46,560 nucleotides of DNA from an uncultured Candidatus Saccharibacteria bacterium (GTDB taxonomy: Bacteria; Patescibacteriota; Minisyncoccia; Phycocordibacterales; Phycocordibacteraceae): assembly GCA_964462415.1 (NCBI GenBank), contig CAYWWP010000003.1, positions 1 to 46,560 of the forward strand, read 5' to 3'. This document shows positions 26,638 through 36,160 of the stretch, piece after piece. Position 1 is the stretch's first letter. Each line of letters opens with the position of its first letter. The translations under genes and the position numbers were made by a program. The notes beneath the pieces are model-generated. The model was not told the origin of the DNA. It was given only the letters and a program-made list of their open reading frames with translations, and did no database searches.

Positions 26638-28302
26638 CTATAAGCCGCTGAGGATAACGAGTCGCGCCAGCTTAAGATCGTCGTAGGTGTACTTTCCCTT
26701 AAGTGCTGCAAAGACCGGAGCAAGTTTATCGAGTCCTTTTGCATCAAAGGCTTGGCGGATTTTGGGAAGTGCTTTAGTGAGCTTCGCTGGAATAAGTGCC
26801 TCAAGCTCATCAGCACCTATCTGATGTGATGCCATAAGCTTCTCCAGATGGTCGCAAATAGTACCTTGCGTGAGACTGCGCGCCATCGCGATTTCCTCTA
26901 TCGTGTTCCCTGCCTCTATGAGCGCGAGCGTCTCTTCGTAGGTACTCTTCTTAGGTCCCACAACCTCTCGCGCAGCAACCGCAAGATGTCCACCCGCCGC
27001 AAGAATAAAGTTCTCTTCAAGCTGAGCACGCTCACCGGAAGCTTCAAGCGCATCAAACGTGCGCACTGCAGCATCACTACTTTCACGGAACGCTCTATCT
27101 ATACGTAACACTTCAGGATGCACACGCATCGCGTGCTCACTCCACCCCAACAGTGAAATACCTTCGAGCGTACGCACACGAGAGAGTGCTACGTACCCTT
27201 GTCCAAATTCAAATGCTCGCGAGAGATCTATTGCAGCAGCATCAAGGCTTTGCCCCTGGCTCTTATGAATCGTAATTGCCCACGCCAGTCGGAGTGGAAT
27301 CTGTGAAATCTTTGCCTTCACCTTTCCGCCTTCTTCAAGCGCCCAGTCTGCAGGCGCAATCACAAGCTCGCGTCCATCGCGCGTCTCGATAATCGGATTG
27401 TCCGTAATTGCCTCAAAACCTATAACCGTACCGAGGGTGCCGTTTGAGTACCCGACCACCGGATTATTTTTGGTACACATCACGATAGCGCCTTCCTTGA
27501 GCGAAAGAATATCAGGAGACAGACAGCCACGCTTAAGGCCTTCAACTAAAGCCGCGGTGCCTGCAGTGTGCATGATGTAGCGATGCGGCTGCGTTGAAAG
27601 TGCAGCGAGTTTCTCCTCGTTAATACGGTCCACATCGGCGTTATGGGTGAAGAGTCGCGGTGTACTATCATCAATCCCCTCGTGCTCAGTCTCACGCGCC
27701 GTAATCGTTGAAACATGTGTGTGATCCCACGAACCGTCACGAATAGCGCGCAACACTTCAAGAAACCCCTCATCCTCTTGGCGATGCTCTTCGGTTAAGT
27801 AACAGATAATGGGATTGATACTCTTCCAGGTAGGCGCCATAAACGCAAAGGACGTTTCTCCACGCGAAACTGGTGGCAATTGAAAAAAATCTCCGACGAG
27901 TACCACCTGCAATCCACCCATTGCACGATCTGAATGACGCGCCTCTCGCAACACCTCGTCCACCATCGCGAGCGTCGTACCACTCAACATAGATACTTCG
28001 TCGATAATCAGTACTTGTGTTTTCTGTAAACGCTTCACCACGTGCTCTTTGGACACAATTGCATCCAAGAGTTCTGGAGTCATATGTGACGCCACGCCGA
28101 TACCACTCCACGAATGAATCGTCATACCACCCACATGCGTTGCTGCAATACCAGTAGAAGCAGTTATGGCAGGCTCAATACCATGACTGCGCAGCCATGC
28201 AATGTATGCGTTTACCGTATGGGTCTTTCCACTACCGGGACTTCCCGTCAAAAACACATTCGCACCCGTCTGCAATATAGAAAGCGCCTCGTGCTGAGTC
28301 AT
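26638..28302 (-). CDS. PIF1/RecD-like superfamily-1 helicase with a C-terminal HTH-like domain
   Basis: Walker A GSPGSGKT, Walker B LIIDEVSML, VGDFFQLPPV, and TIHKSQG near the C-terminus of the core. The start overlaps the upstream stop as ATGA. Confidence 0.85.
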   Translation of the reverse strand: MTQHEALSILQTGANVFLTGSPGSGKTHTVNAYIAWLRSHGIEPAITASTGIAATHVGGMTIHSWSGIGVASHMTPELLDAIVSKEHVVKRLQKTQVLIIDEVSMLSGTTLAMVDEVLREARHSDRAMGGLQVVLVGDFFQLPPVSRGETSFAFMAPTWKSINPIICYLTEEHRQEDEGFLEVLRAIRDGSWDHTHVSTITARETEHEGIDDSTPRLFTHNADVDRINEEKLAALSTQPHRYIMHTAGTAALVEGLKRGCLSPDILSLKEGAIVMCTKNNPVVGYSNGTLGTVIGFEAITDNPIIETRDGRELVIAPADWALEEGGKVKAKISQIPLRLAWAITIHKSQGQSLDAAAIDLSRAFEFGQGYVALSRVRTLEGISLLGWSEHAMRVHPEVLRIDRAFRESSDAAVRTFDALEASGERAQLEENFILAAGGHLAVAAREVVGPKKSTYEETLALIEAGNTIEEIAMARSLTQGTICDHLEKLMASHQIGADELEALIPAKLTKALPKIRQAFDAKGLDKLAPVFAALKGKYTYDDLKLARLVILSGL

Positions 28303-29084
28303 ACCACAGTATACGTTAGATACAGTGGCGCATGATCGGAGACCTCATCCGAAAGCACTGCGAATGAATCCAGACACACACCTGGACCAGTAAATGCATA
28401 GTCAGCAAAACGACCAGGCTTCGTATAAAAACGCGTTCTCGTCGAAGTAATGCCGTGCGTACGAATTAGATTTTTTGCCCCAGCATCCTCAAGTATACGT
28501 ATGCTCAAGCTGTCTGGAAGCAGGTTGAAGTCACCGACCAGCACGTATGGCTCTGTGAGTGCACGCAGGTACTCTGCAATGCGTTCAGACTGCCGGATGC
28601 GGTCTGGATTGTCTTGCTTTCCATCAGTGACCGCAACCACATCAGGTGCAACACGCTGCCATAACCCGTGGAGATGTATCACCACATGCGGTGTCGACCC
28701 TCCAATATGCACTGCTTGTAATACACGCGCATGGTCGCCTATGTCGGTCTCTGAAACAAAACCTTTCTCGCGGTAAATGTAGAATTCTTCCTCACGCAGC
28801 ACCTCATGGTCACGATGAACCATCATCAAGAGACCATAGAAATCTCGATACAGTGGTCTAAAGTACGGCACATGCTCGGGAAGCACCGATTGAATACGTT
28901 CAAGCAAATGAGTCTCGACTCCTAACAATTGCACTCCCCCTCCTATCTGTCCGAGCATTTCTTCTCCGCCACTCCAGACTTCTTGAAAGCACAACACATC
29001 ATCCTCTCGGTGACGTGCCACAAATTCAAGCAGCGCATCTACACCACCTCGCCCTCCCCACGTATTAAGCGAAACTACCTTCAT
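28299..29084 (-). CDS. endonuclease/exonuclease/phosphatase (EEP) family protein
   Basis: N-terminus SLNTWGG...DVLCFQEV, and C-terminus DFNL....SDHAPL, which are typical EEP catalytic motifs. Confidence 0.8.
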   Translation of the reverse strand: MKVVSLNTWGGRGGVDALLEFVARHREDDVLCFQEVWSGGEEMLGQIGGGVQLLGVETHLLERIQSVLPEHVPYFRPLYRDFYGLLMMVHRDHEVLREEEFYIYREKGFVSETDIGDHARVLQAVHIGGSTPHVVIHLHGLWQRVAPDVVAVTDGKQDNPDRIRQSERIAEYLRALTEPYVLVGDFNLLPDSLSIRILEDAGAKNLIRTHGITSTRTRFYTKPGRFADYAFTGPGVCLDSFAVLSDEVSDHAPLYLTYTVV

Positions 29085-29086
29085 TG

Positions 29087-29635
29087 CTATTTGCTCGTCA
29101 CTAAAAATGAAAAGCGATATCCTGAAAGGGCTATGCGTGCAGTAGAGCGCATCTCAGGAGTCACCTGTACGAGAGTGACCGTACCTCCTGCCACTTCTTT
29201 AGGCTCGGCAAGAGTAAGTATGTACGGCGTAGTAGAAGAACCTATCCGTACACGCACCTCTACCGTACCTGCGTGAATACACTGTACGTCCACCGGGCAG
29301 CGACTGTCGATTACAAGCTCCGTAGGCGTAATACTCCAACCATGACTTTCCCCTGTTTCATTAAGGGCAAGCGTAAAGACGCCCGTCTCATCAGTCGACA
29401 TCGGTGTACGAGGAGTCGTCGTGGCCTCAGAGCTCACCTCTACAGGCTCAGGAAGAGTGGTTTGCGCCTGGTGATGCCACATGTATGCACCCATGCCTGA
29501 CAGCAACACGACAACCGCACCAATCAGCCATACATACATAAATGTGTGATGCGGGTGGGTGTCGTGATTCATATGTCTGTAGCATACCACTTGTACACAC
29601 CCCAAGCGCCAAAATAGCCAATGTTTTATTGACAT
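29087..29635 (-). CDS. hypothetical membrane-anchored protein (start uncertain; alternatives at 29572 or 29539)
   Basis: One TM segment (YVWLIGAVVVLLSGMGAYMW), then a Thr/Pro linker and a beta-rich domain with 2 Cys. The stop lies 2 nt from the EEP start. Confidence 0.5.
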   Translation of the reverse strand: MSIKHWLFWRLGCVQVVCYRHMNHDTHPHHTFMYVWLIGAVVVLLSGMGAYMWHHQAQTTLPEPVEVSSEATTTPRTPMSTDETGVFTLALNETGESHGWSITPTELVIDSRCPVDVQCIHAGTVEVRVRIGSSTTPYILTLAEPKEVAGGTVTLVQVTPEMRSTARIALSGYRFSFLVTSK

Positions 29636-29657
29636 TTTGCCAAATTTTCTATATTAT
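29629..29657 (+). promoter_or_regulatory. near-consensus sigma70 promoter of the RND efflux operon
   Basis: TTGACA (29629-29634), 17-nt spacer, TATTAT (29652-29657). The ATG at 29666 is only 8 nt downstream, so the transcript is leaderless or nearly so. Confidence 0.5.
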
Positions 29658-29665
29658 AGGTGTCT

Positions 29666-31216
29666 ATGAAAACGTTGATGATGCGTGTGCGCGTCATGCT
29701 TTCGTTCCTAAGCACGAAAGCAATGGCGGTGTGGAAAAAATATCGTGGGCTTAAGCCATGGCAGCAGATAGTAATCGGAGTTGTCCTTGCTGCAGCTCTC
29801 ATTGGAGGTATTTCTATGATTCACAGCCTAGGCAAGACTAAGGCTGCAGAAGACACCTACCGTACTGTTCTTCTTGAAACCGTGTCTTCTCTTTCAGGAG
29901 GTGCAGATGGCGGAAGTGTCATTGGATCTGTCCGTTCAGTCGCTGAAGCAGACATTCTCGCAGAGTCAGGAGGTACGGTCCGTGTCGTGCGTGCAGACCT
30001 CGGCTCAACCGTAGGCGGCGGAGCAGTTATTGCCGAGCTTGAGAACGCAGCACAGCGCGCAGCCGTACTCCAGGCAGAAGGTGCCTATGATGCGGCCGTT
30101 GCTGCTCGTACTGCTGTATCTCCATCAGACAGCTCGCTTACTGTGCGTAATGCGTATCGAACCGCTTACACTACCCTAGACAGTCTAGCTAAGGGCGAGA
30201 TTGATTCGTTCTTTGGAGAAGAGACTCCTCTTGGTCCGCGCACCCTCATCACCTCAACTACCTACTCCGCAGACTACTTCTCACGTAAGCGCGCAAAGCT
30301 TGACTCAATGATGGACGCATGGAGCAGCCACCAAGCTACCGCACAGACTACTGACCCCCTTGCACTGCTTGACGAGGCACAGAACGTGCTCGACTACACA
30401 GCTACTCTTCTGAGCGAACTGAGTGTCGCTGCAAACGAGCCTAACTCAGGCGCAACCGCCACGCAGCGCAGTAATCTCGCAACCGCACGCGCCTCAGTAA
30501 ACGCGCAGTCTGCAGCAATCACTGGTGCTCGCGAATCATATCGCGGCAAGAGTGTGACCTCTACCGCATCGGTAGATGCGTCCGTAAAGCAGGCGCTCGG
30601 CGTACTTCGTGGCGCACAAGCTCAACTTGAGAAAACCATCATCCGCGCCCCTATTGGTGGCACCGTTAACTTCCTCCCTATTCGTGTCGGCGATTACGTG
30701 ACGGCATACCAGCACGTAGCCACCGTCGCCCAGAACGGATCTCTTGAGGTAGTGGCATATGTGTCTGAGAGCGAGCGCGAGCAGCTTTCAGCTGGCGCTA
30801 AAGTTAAGATCGACAGCATCTACGATGGCGTGGTTACACGCATCGCCCCAGCACTCGATCCAAACACTCGCCAAATCGAAATTCACATTGCAGTGAGCGG
30901 CAAGGCAGACAAGCTCGTGAACGGCCAGTCAGTTCGCGTTACCCTTCCTGGTGCGCAAGCAAAGGCAGTGAGTGCAACTGAAGGACCAGTCATGCTTCCT
31001 CTTGCAGCAGTGAAGCTTCGTGCGGACGATCGTGTCGTACTGACCGTAGACGAATCAGGTCGTATCGTTGCGCACCCGGTCACTATCGGTGAGGTGCACG
31101 GCGATCGTATCGAAGTGCTTTCTGGCGTATCAAGTGACATGCGTATCGTGACTGACGCACGCGGTCTCTCTGAAGGCGAGAAAGTAACGGTAGCTTCATC
31201 AGACTCTAGCCTCTAA
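29666..31216 (+). CDS. efflux RND periplasmic adaptor (HlyD/MFP family), unusually long (alternative start at 29723)
   Basis: N-terminal TM anchor, a long Ala-rich coiled-coil hairpin and beta-barrel motifs (IIRAPIGGTV, GDYV). Directly upstream of the RND pump. Confidence 0.8.
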   Translation: MKTLMMRVRVMLSFLSTKAMAVWKKYRGLKPWQQIVIGVVLAAALIGGISMIHSLGKTKAAEDTYRTVLLETVSSLSGGADGGSVIGSVRSVAEADILAESGGTVRVVRADLGSTVGGGAVIAELENAAQRAAVLQAEGAYDAAVAARTAVSPSDSSLTVRNAYRTAYTTLDSLAKGEIDSFFGEETPLGPRTLITSTTYSADYFSRKRAKLDSMMDAWSSHQATAQTTDPLALLDEAQNVLDYTATLLSELSVAANEPNSGATATQRSNLATARASVNAQSAAITGARESYRGKSVTSTASVDASVKQALGVLRGAQAQLEKTIIRAPIGGTVNFLPIRVGDYVTAYQHVATVAQNGSLEVVAYVSESEREQLSAGAKVKIDSIYDGVVTRIAPALDPNTRQIEIHIAVSGKADKLVNGQSVRVTLPGAQAKAVSATEGPVMLPLAAVKLRADDRVVLTVDESGRIVAHPVTIGEVHGDRIEVLSGVSSDMRIVTDARGLSEGEKVTVASSDSSL

Positions 31217-31221
31217 TACTC

Positions 31222-34200
31222 ATGATGCGCTTCTGGACGTTCTTTATTGAAAAGCATCACTTCACGATGTTGCTTGGTGTTGTACTCGTATTTGCGGGTA
31301 CGTATGCCGTGCTTACCATTCCAAAGGAGTCTTCTCCTGAGGTACAGATTCCTGTGGGTGTCGTTACTACCGCGCTCCCTGGTGCTTCTGCTGAAGATGT
31401 TGAACGCTTAATTACCGACAAGATTGAAGATCACGTCATCGGTCTTGCGCATGTAAACAAAGTTACTTCAAACTCATCAAACGGTATCTCAAGCGTGACG
31501 GTCGAGTTTGATGCTAACGCAGACATAGACAAGTCTATTCAGCTTCTTAAGGACGAAGTAGATAAGGCTAAGCCCGATCTTCCAGACGAGGCCACAGATC
31601 CAGCAGTAACCGACGTAAACTTTGCTGATCAGCCAATATTAATCGCCTCGATTTCAGGCAACCTGACCGCTGAGGAACTTACCGCTATAGGTAAGCAAGC
31701 TGCAGATGAGCTTGATCGTGTTCCAGGTGTCTCTAAGGTCACCATATCGGGAGCCCCTGACCGCCAAGTGCAAGTAATTGTGCATGCTGACAAGCTGCGT
31801 CAGTTTGGTCTCTCACTTTCAGATGTCACGAATGCGATTCGCGTCTCGGGCATTGCTGCTCCTGCAGGCACCATAACCGTTGATGGTGTTACGTATTCCG
31901 TACGTCTCTCAACGGGACTCACCAAGCCTGATGAGGTGGCAAACATTGCGCTCCAAGGTCCCGGCGGTTCCCCACTCACACTCTCGCAAGTGGCAGACGT
32001 GCGCGACGGCCTGGCTAACGCGGATACCTACTCTCGTGTATCCATTGAAGGAACCCCTTCAGCCCCAGCACTCACCCTCGCAGTGTTTAAGAATCGTGGT
32101 GGCAACATCGTAGAAACAGGTACCCTTCTCAAGAAGAAGCTCAAGGAGCTTGAGAGTACTACGCTTGCAGGCACGAAGTCGGTAATCACCTATGACGCTG
32201 CAAAGGATGTAGCAAAGGACCTGGGAGAACTCACTCGTGCGGGCATGGAAACTATCGTGCTTGTGATGATTGTGCTTCTTGCAACACTTGGCTGGCGTGA
32301 AGCTGTCGTGGCCGCTCTCTCTGTACCTCTTTCGTTCCTCATTGCCTTCATCGGCATGCAAGCTGCAGGTAACACGATTAACTTCGTGTCCCTCTTCTCA
32401 CTTATTCTCGCTATCGGCATCTTGGTGGATACCGGTATCGTGATGGTTGAAGCAATCCACACTCGTCTCGTAAAGTACGGTGACGCAAAGAAAGCGACTC
32501 TTGCGGCCATCCACGAGTACGCATGGCCGCTCACTGCAGGAACATTCACGACCGTAGCGGTATTCATCCCACTCTTCTTCCTCTCAGGAGTAACCGGTAA
32601 ATTCATCGCCTCAATTCCGTTTACGGTCATCTTCGTACTTATTGCGAGCATCTTTGTGGCACTTGGTCTCGTACCACTTCTTGCAATGCACACCCTCCGT
32701 GCTGAACTCTCAGCTACCGAGGCTCGCCAGGAACATTTAAACGAGCGCGCTATGCGCTGGTACGAAGGATTCCTACGTAAGATTCTCGGCAATCGTAAGG
32801 CAGAAAACCGCTTCCTTGGTGCCATTCTCGGACTCTTCTTCCTTGCACTCCTGCTTCCAGCAGTAGGTGCCGTGCAGGCAGTATTCTTCCCTGCAGGAGA
32901 CGCAGATCTCATTGCGATTGAAATTGAGAAGCCACAGGGCACCGAACTATCTGAGACCGACCTCTCAGTGCGCGAAGTAGAAGAAATTCTGTATACGGAC
33001 CCTCGCATTGAATCATTTGTGACTGAGGTGGGTGGCGGTAGTTCATTCACCCAGTCAGGACTCACTGGTTCAAAGGCTGCAAACGTAAGTATCAACCTTA
33101 AGGAAGGACACGAGCCTGTTGATCGCATTGTTACCGATCTTCGCAAGAAGCTGTCAGGTATCACCAGTGCACGCATCACCGTAAGCTACCCTGAAGGCGG
33201 TCCTCCATCAGGCAAGCCTATTTCGGTCACCTTCCGTGGCGACGACCTGGGTAAACTTGCAAGCACTGTTGAGCGTGCCGCAGCGGTACTCTCTGATACC
33301 AAGGGTGCGATGGCCGTCACGACCAGTACCAAGGATTCAAATGCTGAATTCGTTGTCTCACTCGACACCGCAAAGGCAGCAGAGCGCGGCGTGTCCCCTG
33401 CTGCAGTAGCAGACACACTGCGCACCGCGCTCTATGGCGCCAAGGCAACATCAGTACGCACCGGTAAGGATGATGTGGAAGTGTGGACCAAGCTTGACCT
33501 TAATCCTGATTACAAGGACCCAAGCGAGCTTACGCACACCACCATTGAGTCTGTGCGTGACCTGCAGGTACAAGGAACTAAGGGTCCAGTACAGCTCGGT
33601 TCAATCGCCACCGTTGCGATAGCTCCGGCTAACGCAACCATCCGCCACGAAGACGGCACCCGTGAAGTGACACTCACTGCGGATGTGGCTTCTGGATATG
33701 CTGCGCCTACCGTAACCAACGAGTTCGTAAACGCCATGAAGAAGAATCCCCTTCCTGAAGGCGTCACGATGAAGGTCGGCGGTGAATCAGAAGACGTCAA
33801 TAAGTCATTCGCTGAGATGGGTATCGCGCTTCTTGCAGGATCTGCGCTCATGCTCGCGATTCTTATTCTTGAGTTCAACTCATTCCGTCATTCCTTCTAC
33901 CTGTTGGCGATTATTCCGCTCTCACTCATTGGCGTGCTGGTAGGACTCATGCTCACCGGTCAGCCACTTTCATTCCCGTCTATGCTTGGCGTTATCGCAC
34001 TTGCGGGTGTGATTATTAACCACGCTATCATCCTCATGGACTCGATTGCGCGTATCGGTCGTGAGCGGCCAGGCCAAACCCTCACAGATGTGGTGGTTGA
34101 GGCAGCCGCCTCGCGTCTACGCCCTATCGTGTTGACTACGATTACGACCGTAGTGGGTATGATCCCACTCTCGCTAGTATCAGCACTGTGGGGACCACTC

Positions 34201-34326
34201 GCTATCTCTATTATGTTCGGCTTGTCGTTCTCGATGGTGCTTACGCTCGTGGTTATCCCGGTGCTCTATCACCGCTGGCCAGGCAAGGCAGTGCGTGAGA
34301 AGTACAAGGCTGAAGTACAGGCCTAG
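31222..34326 (+). CDS. RND (AcrB/AcrD/AcrF family) efflux transporter
   Basis: 1034 aa with 12-TM RND topology, two large extracytoplasmic loops and typical TM4/TM10 regions. Confidence 0.92.
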   Translation: MMRFWTFFIEKHHFTMLLGVVLVFAGTYAVLTIPKESSPEVQIPVGVVTTALPGASAEDVERLITDKIEDHVIGLAHVNKVTSNSSNGISSVTVEFDANADIDKSIQLLKDEVDKAKPDLPDEATDPAVTDVNFADQPILIASISGNLTAEELTAIGKQAADELDRVPGVSKVTISGAPDRQVQVIVHADKLRQFGLSLSDVTNAIRVSGIAAPAGTITVDGVTYSVRLSTGLTKPDEVANIALQGPGGSPLTLSQVADVRDGLANADTYSRVSIEGTPSAPALTLAVFKNRGGNIVETGTLLKKKLKELESTTLAGTKSVITYDAAKDVAKDLGELTRAGMETIVLVMIVLLATLGWREAVVAALSVPLSFLIAFIGMQAAGNTINFVSLFSLILAIGILVDTGIVMVEAIHTRLVKYGDAKKATLAAIHEYAWPLTAGTFTTVAVFIPLFFLSGVTGKFIASIPFTVIFVLIASIFVALGLVPLLAMHTLRAELSATEARQEHLNERAMRWYEGFLRKILGNRKAENRFLGAILGLFFLALLLPAVGAVQAVFFPAGDADLIAIEIEKPQGTELSETDLSVREVEEILYTDPRIESFVTEVGGGSSFTQSGLTGSKAANVSINLKEGHEPVDRIVTDLRKKLSGITSARITVSYPEGGPPSGKPISVTFRGDDLGKLASTVERAAAVLSDTKGAMAVTTSTKDSNAEFVVSLDTAKAAERGVSPAAVADTLRTALYGAKATSVRTGKDDVEVWTKLDLNPDYKDPSELTHTTIESVRDLQVQGTKGPVQLGSIATVAIAPANATIRHEDGTREVTLTADVASGYAAPTVTNEFVNAMKKNPLPEGVTMKVGGESEDVNKSFAEMGIALLAGSALMLAILILEFNSFRHSFYLLAIIPLSLIGVLVGLMLTGQPLSFPSMLGVIALAGVIINHAIILMDSIARIGRERPGQTLTDVVVEAAASRLRPIVLTTITTVVGMIPLSLVSALWGPLAISIMFGLSFSMVLTLVVIPVLYHRWPGKAVREKYKAEVQA

Positions 34327-35732
34327 GAATAACGCGCAATATACGCGTCTACATCAAACTTCTTCTCGCACCCCGAGCGTGCCATGTAGCGCACGGTTCC
34401 GAATGTCTCACGGTTGAACCAGGGTCTGTCATGCACACCGCCGATTGACCAGGCAATACCGACATAGCCATTGGGGTCTCTGCCATCAAGTTCGTATCTA
34501 TCGTTGAGGCGTATCGCGAAAGCGAGCGCCTCTTCTGGTGTATGTGTCCACTCAAGAATTTTCTTTCCCCAATACATGCGCATGTACCCGTGCATCTTTC
34601 CTTCGCGAACCATTTGTCTCTGTGCGGCGTTCCACAGCTCGTCATGCGTCTGTGCCTCTTGCAGTTGCGCATAGGTATAGAGATATTCACGCGTGTCGCC
34701 TCTATGAGCATTAAGCGTTGCCTGTGCCCACGCAGGAAATGCACCAACCGTATCGTAGTCTTGCGTATAGAAACAAAAATTATCGGCAAGCTCTCTGCGC
34801 ACTATCAGCTCTTCAATAAAGCTCTGGTACGGTCCACCCTCTTCGCCTGAACCATTCTTCTGGGGGTGCATGAGCTTCTCCAGCGCTCTGCCAGGATGCG
34901 TAAACCGAGCATCATACGCTTCACATACGGCAAGTGCTACACGTGCCGGCGCTATATGCCCGTAGTGGAGATAGGGAGACAGTCCTGACTGGCCATCGAG
35001 CATAGGGTTATTGCGGTCCGTGTCGTATGACTCAAGACGATCAGCAATAAAACACGCAAGATGGTGCATGCCTGCACCATATCCAGGAACGGTGTCTGAA
35101 ATAGGCTCATCCTCTTCTACGAGCGCTAGCAGTGCGGAAGGATTAAGCTTCTCAATGGTCCCTGTATAGGAAGTGGTATGTAGCACAAGCTCCGGAAAAG
35201 GTTCTAGGTATTCCGGAGCCAGACGCGCAAGCTTAGGACGAATAGTGCGTGCGGCAAATTCTGCTTTTTGGGAAGCTACCCATACCGGCACAATATTGTG
35301 TGCATCTACTTCGTAGACTGGACACGAAACCGCATCCACAAGGTTCGTGAGCCAGGCACGCTGCACCTGTAAAGGAGCCATGTCAGTGACAACAAGATGC
35401 GCGTCTACCTGTGCTACGAAGTCAGTAATCTGGTTCACCGCATCAGCATCGACGCATACCATAAGCGGCGTATTGAGATCCTGACCACGCTTCTCGACTT
35501 CTAGAAGACCCCCTACCTTAAAAGCGTGCTGACGATACCCACCGCCTAGAAAACGAGGTGCCAGATTATAGATGACTACGAGCGGTACTGCTGCAGCCTC
35601 CGCACGCTCCCGGGCATACAGATACGCCCAATTATCATCGAGGCGCCCCTCACGATTCATCCAGTACACTACGGGACCCTTACCCGGCTGTCTCTGTGAA
35701 GACAGCTCTCGTACTCGTTCTGGTCGTACCAT
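34323..35732 (-). CDS. phr: class II CPD deoxyribodipyrimidine photolyase
   Basis: PVVYWMNREGRLDDNWA at the N-terminus and LNDRYELDGRDPNGYVGIAWSIGGVHDRPW...RYM...GCEKKFDV at the C-terminus match class II photolyases. Confidence 0.92.
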   Translation of the reverse strand: MVRPERVRELSSQRQPGKGPVVYWMNREGRLDDNWAYLYARERAEAAAVPLVVIYNLAPRFLGGGYRQHAFKVGGLLEVEKRGQDLNTPLMVCVDADAVNQITDFVAQVDAHLVVTDMAPLQVQRAWLTNLVDAVSCPVYEVDAHNIVPVWVASQKAEFAARTIRPKLARLAPEYLEPFPELVLHTTSYTGTIEKLNPSALLALVEEDEPISDTVPGYGAGMHHLACFIADRLESYDTDRNNPMLDGQSGLSPYLHYGHIAPARVALAVCEAYDARFTHPGRALEKLMHPQKNGSGEEGGPYQSFIEELIVRRELADNFCFYTQDYDTVGAFPAWAQATLNAHRGDTREYLYTYAQLQEAQTHDELWNAAQRQMVREGKMHGYMRMYWGKKILEWTHTPEEALAFAIRLNDRYELDGRDPNGYVGIAWSIGGVHDRPWFNRETFGTVRYMARSGCEKKFDVDAYIARYS

Positions 35733-35738
35733 GCATGT

Positions 35739-35770
35739 ATACTACCTCGACTCGTACCGAGTGGTACACT
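35739..35770. promoter_or_regulatory. back-to-back -10 boxes for divergent photolyase and receiver genes
   Basis: TAGTAT (minus, 35739-35744) lies 6 nt from the photolyase ATG. TGgTACACT (plus, 35762-35770) lies 6 nt from the receiver ATG. The spacer is only 44 nt. Confidence 0.45.
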
Positions 35771-35776
35771 GTGAGT

Positions 35777-36160
35777 ATGAATCCAAAGAATGGAAAAAAG
35801 GTACTGATTGTTGAAGATGACAATCTCCTACTCGTTACTCTTACTCACCAATTTGAGGAGGCTGGCTACGAAGTAGTACAGGCTCGCGATGGCGAAGCGG
35901 GTATGCGCAGCTATGATGAAGCCCATCCTGATGCTGTGATCATGGATGTAATGATGCCAAAAAAGGATGGCCTAGCGATGCTAGAAGCAATTCGTGCTGA
36001 GCACCCAGATGACCACACTCCGTTCATAATCCTCACCAATGCAGGAGACATGGATTATGTCGCGCGTGCTACCGAGATAGGCACGGCAGCCTATCTGGTA
36101 AAGTCAGACCGGCAGATAGACAGTGTGGTGGGTATCGTAAATGAGAAACTAGGTCTCTAG
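35777..36160 (+). CDS. stand-alone response-regulator receiver domain (CheY-like)
   Basis: KVLIVEDD, phospho-acceptor DVMMPKKDG, T and K (ILTNAG..., YLVKS). No output domain. Start moved to MNPKNGKK. Confidence 0.85.
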   Translation: MNPKNGKKVLIVEDDNLLLVTLTHQFEEAGYEVVQARDGEAGMRSYDEAHPDAVIMDVMMPKKDGLAMLEAIRAEHPDDHTPFIILTNAGDMDYVARATEIGTAAYLVKSDRQIDSVVGIVNEKLGL

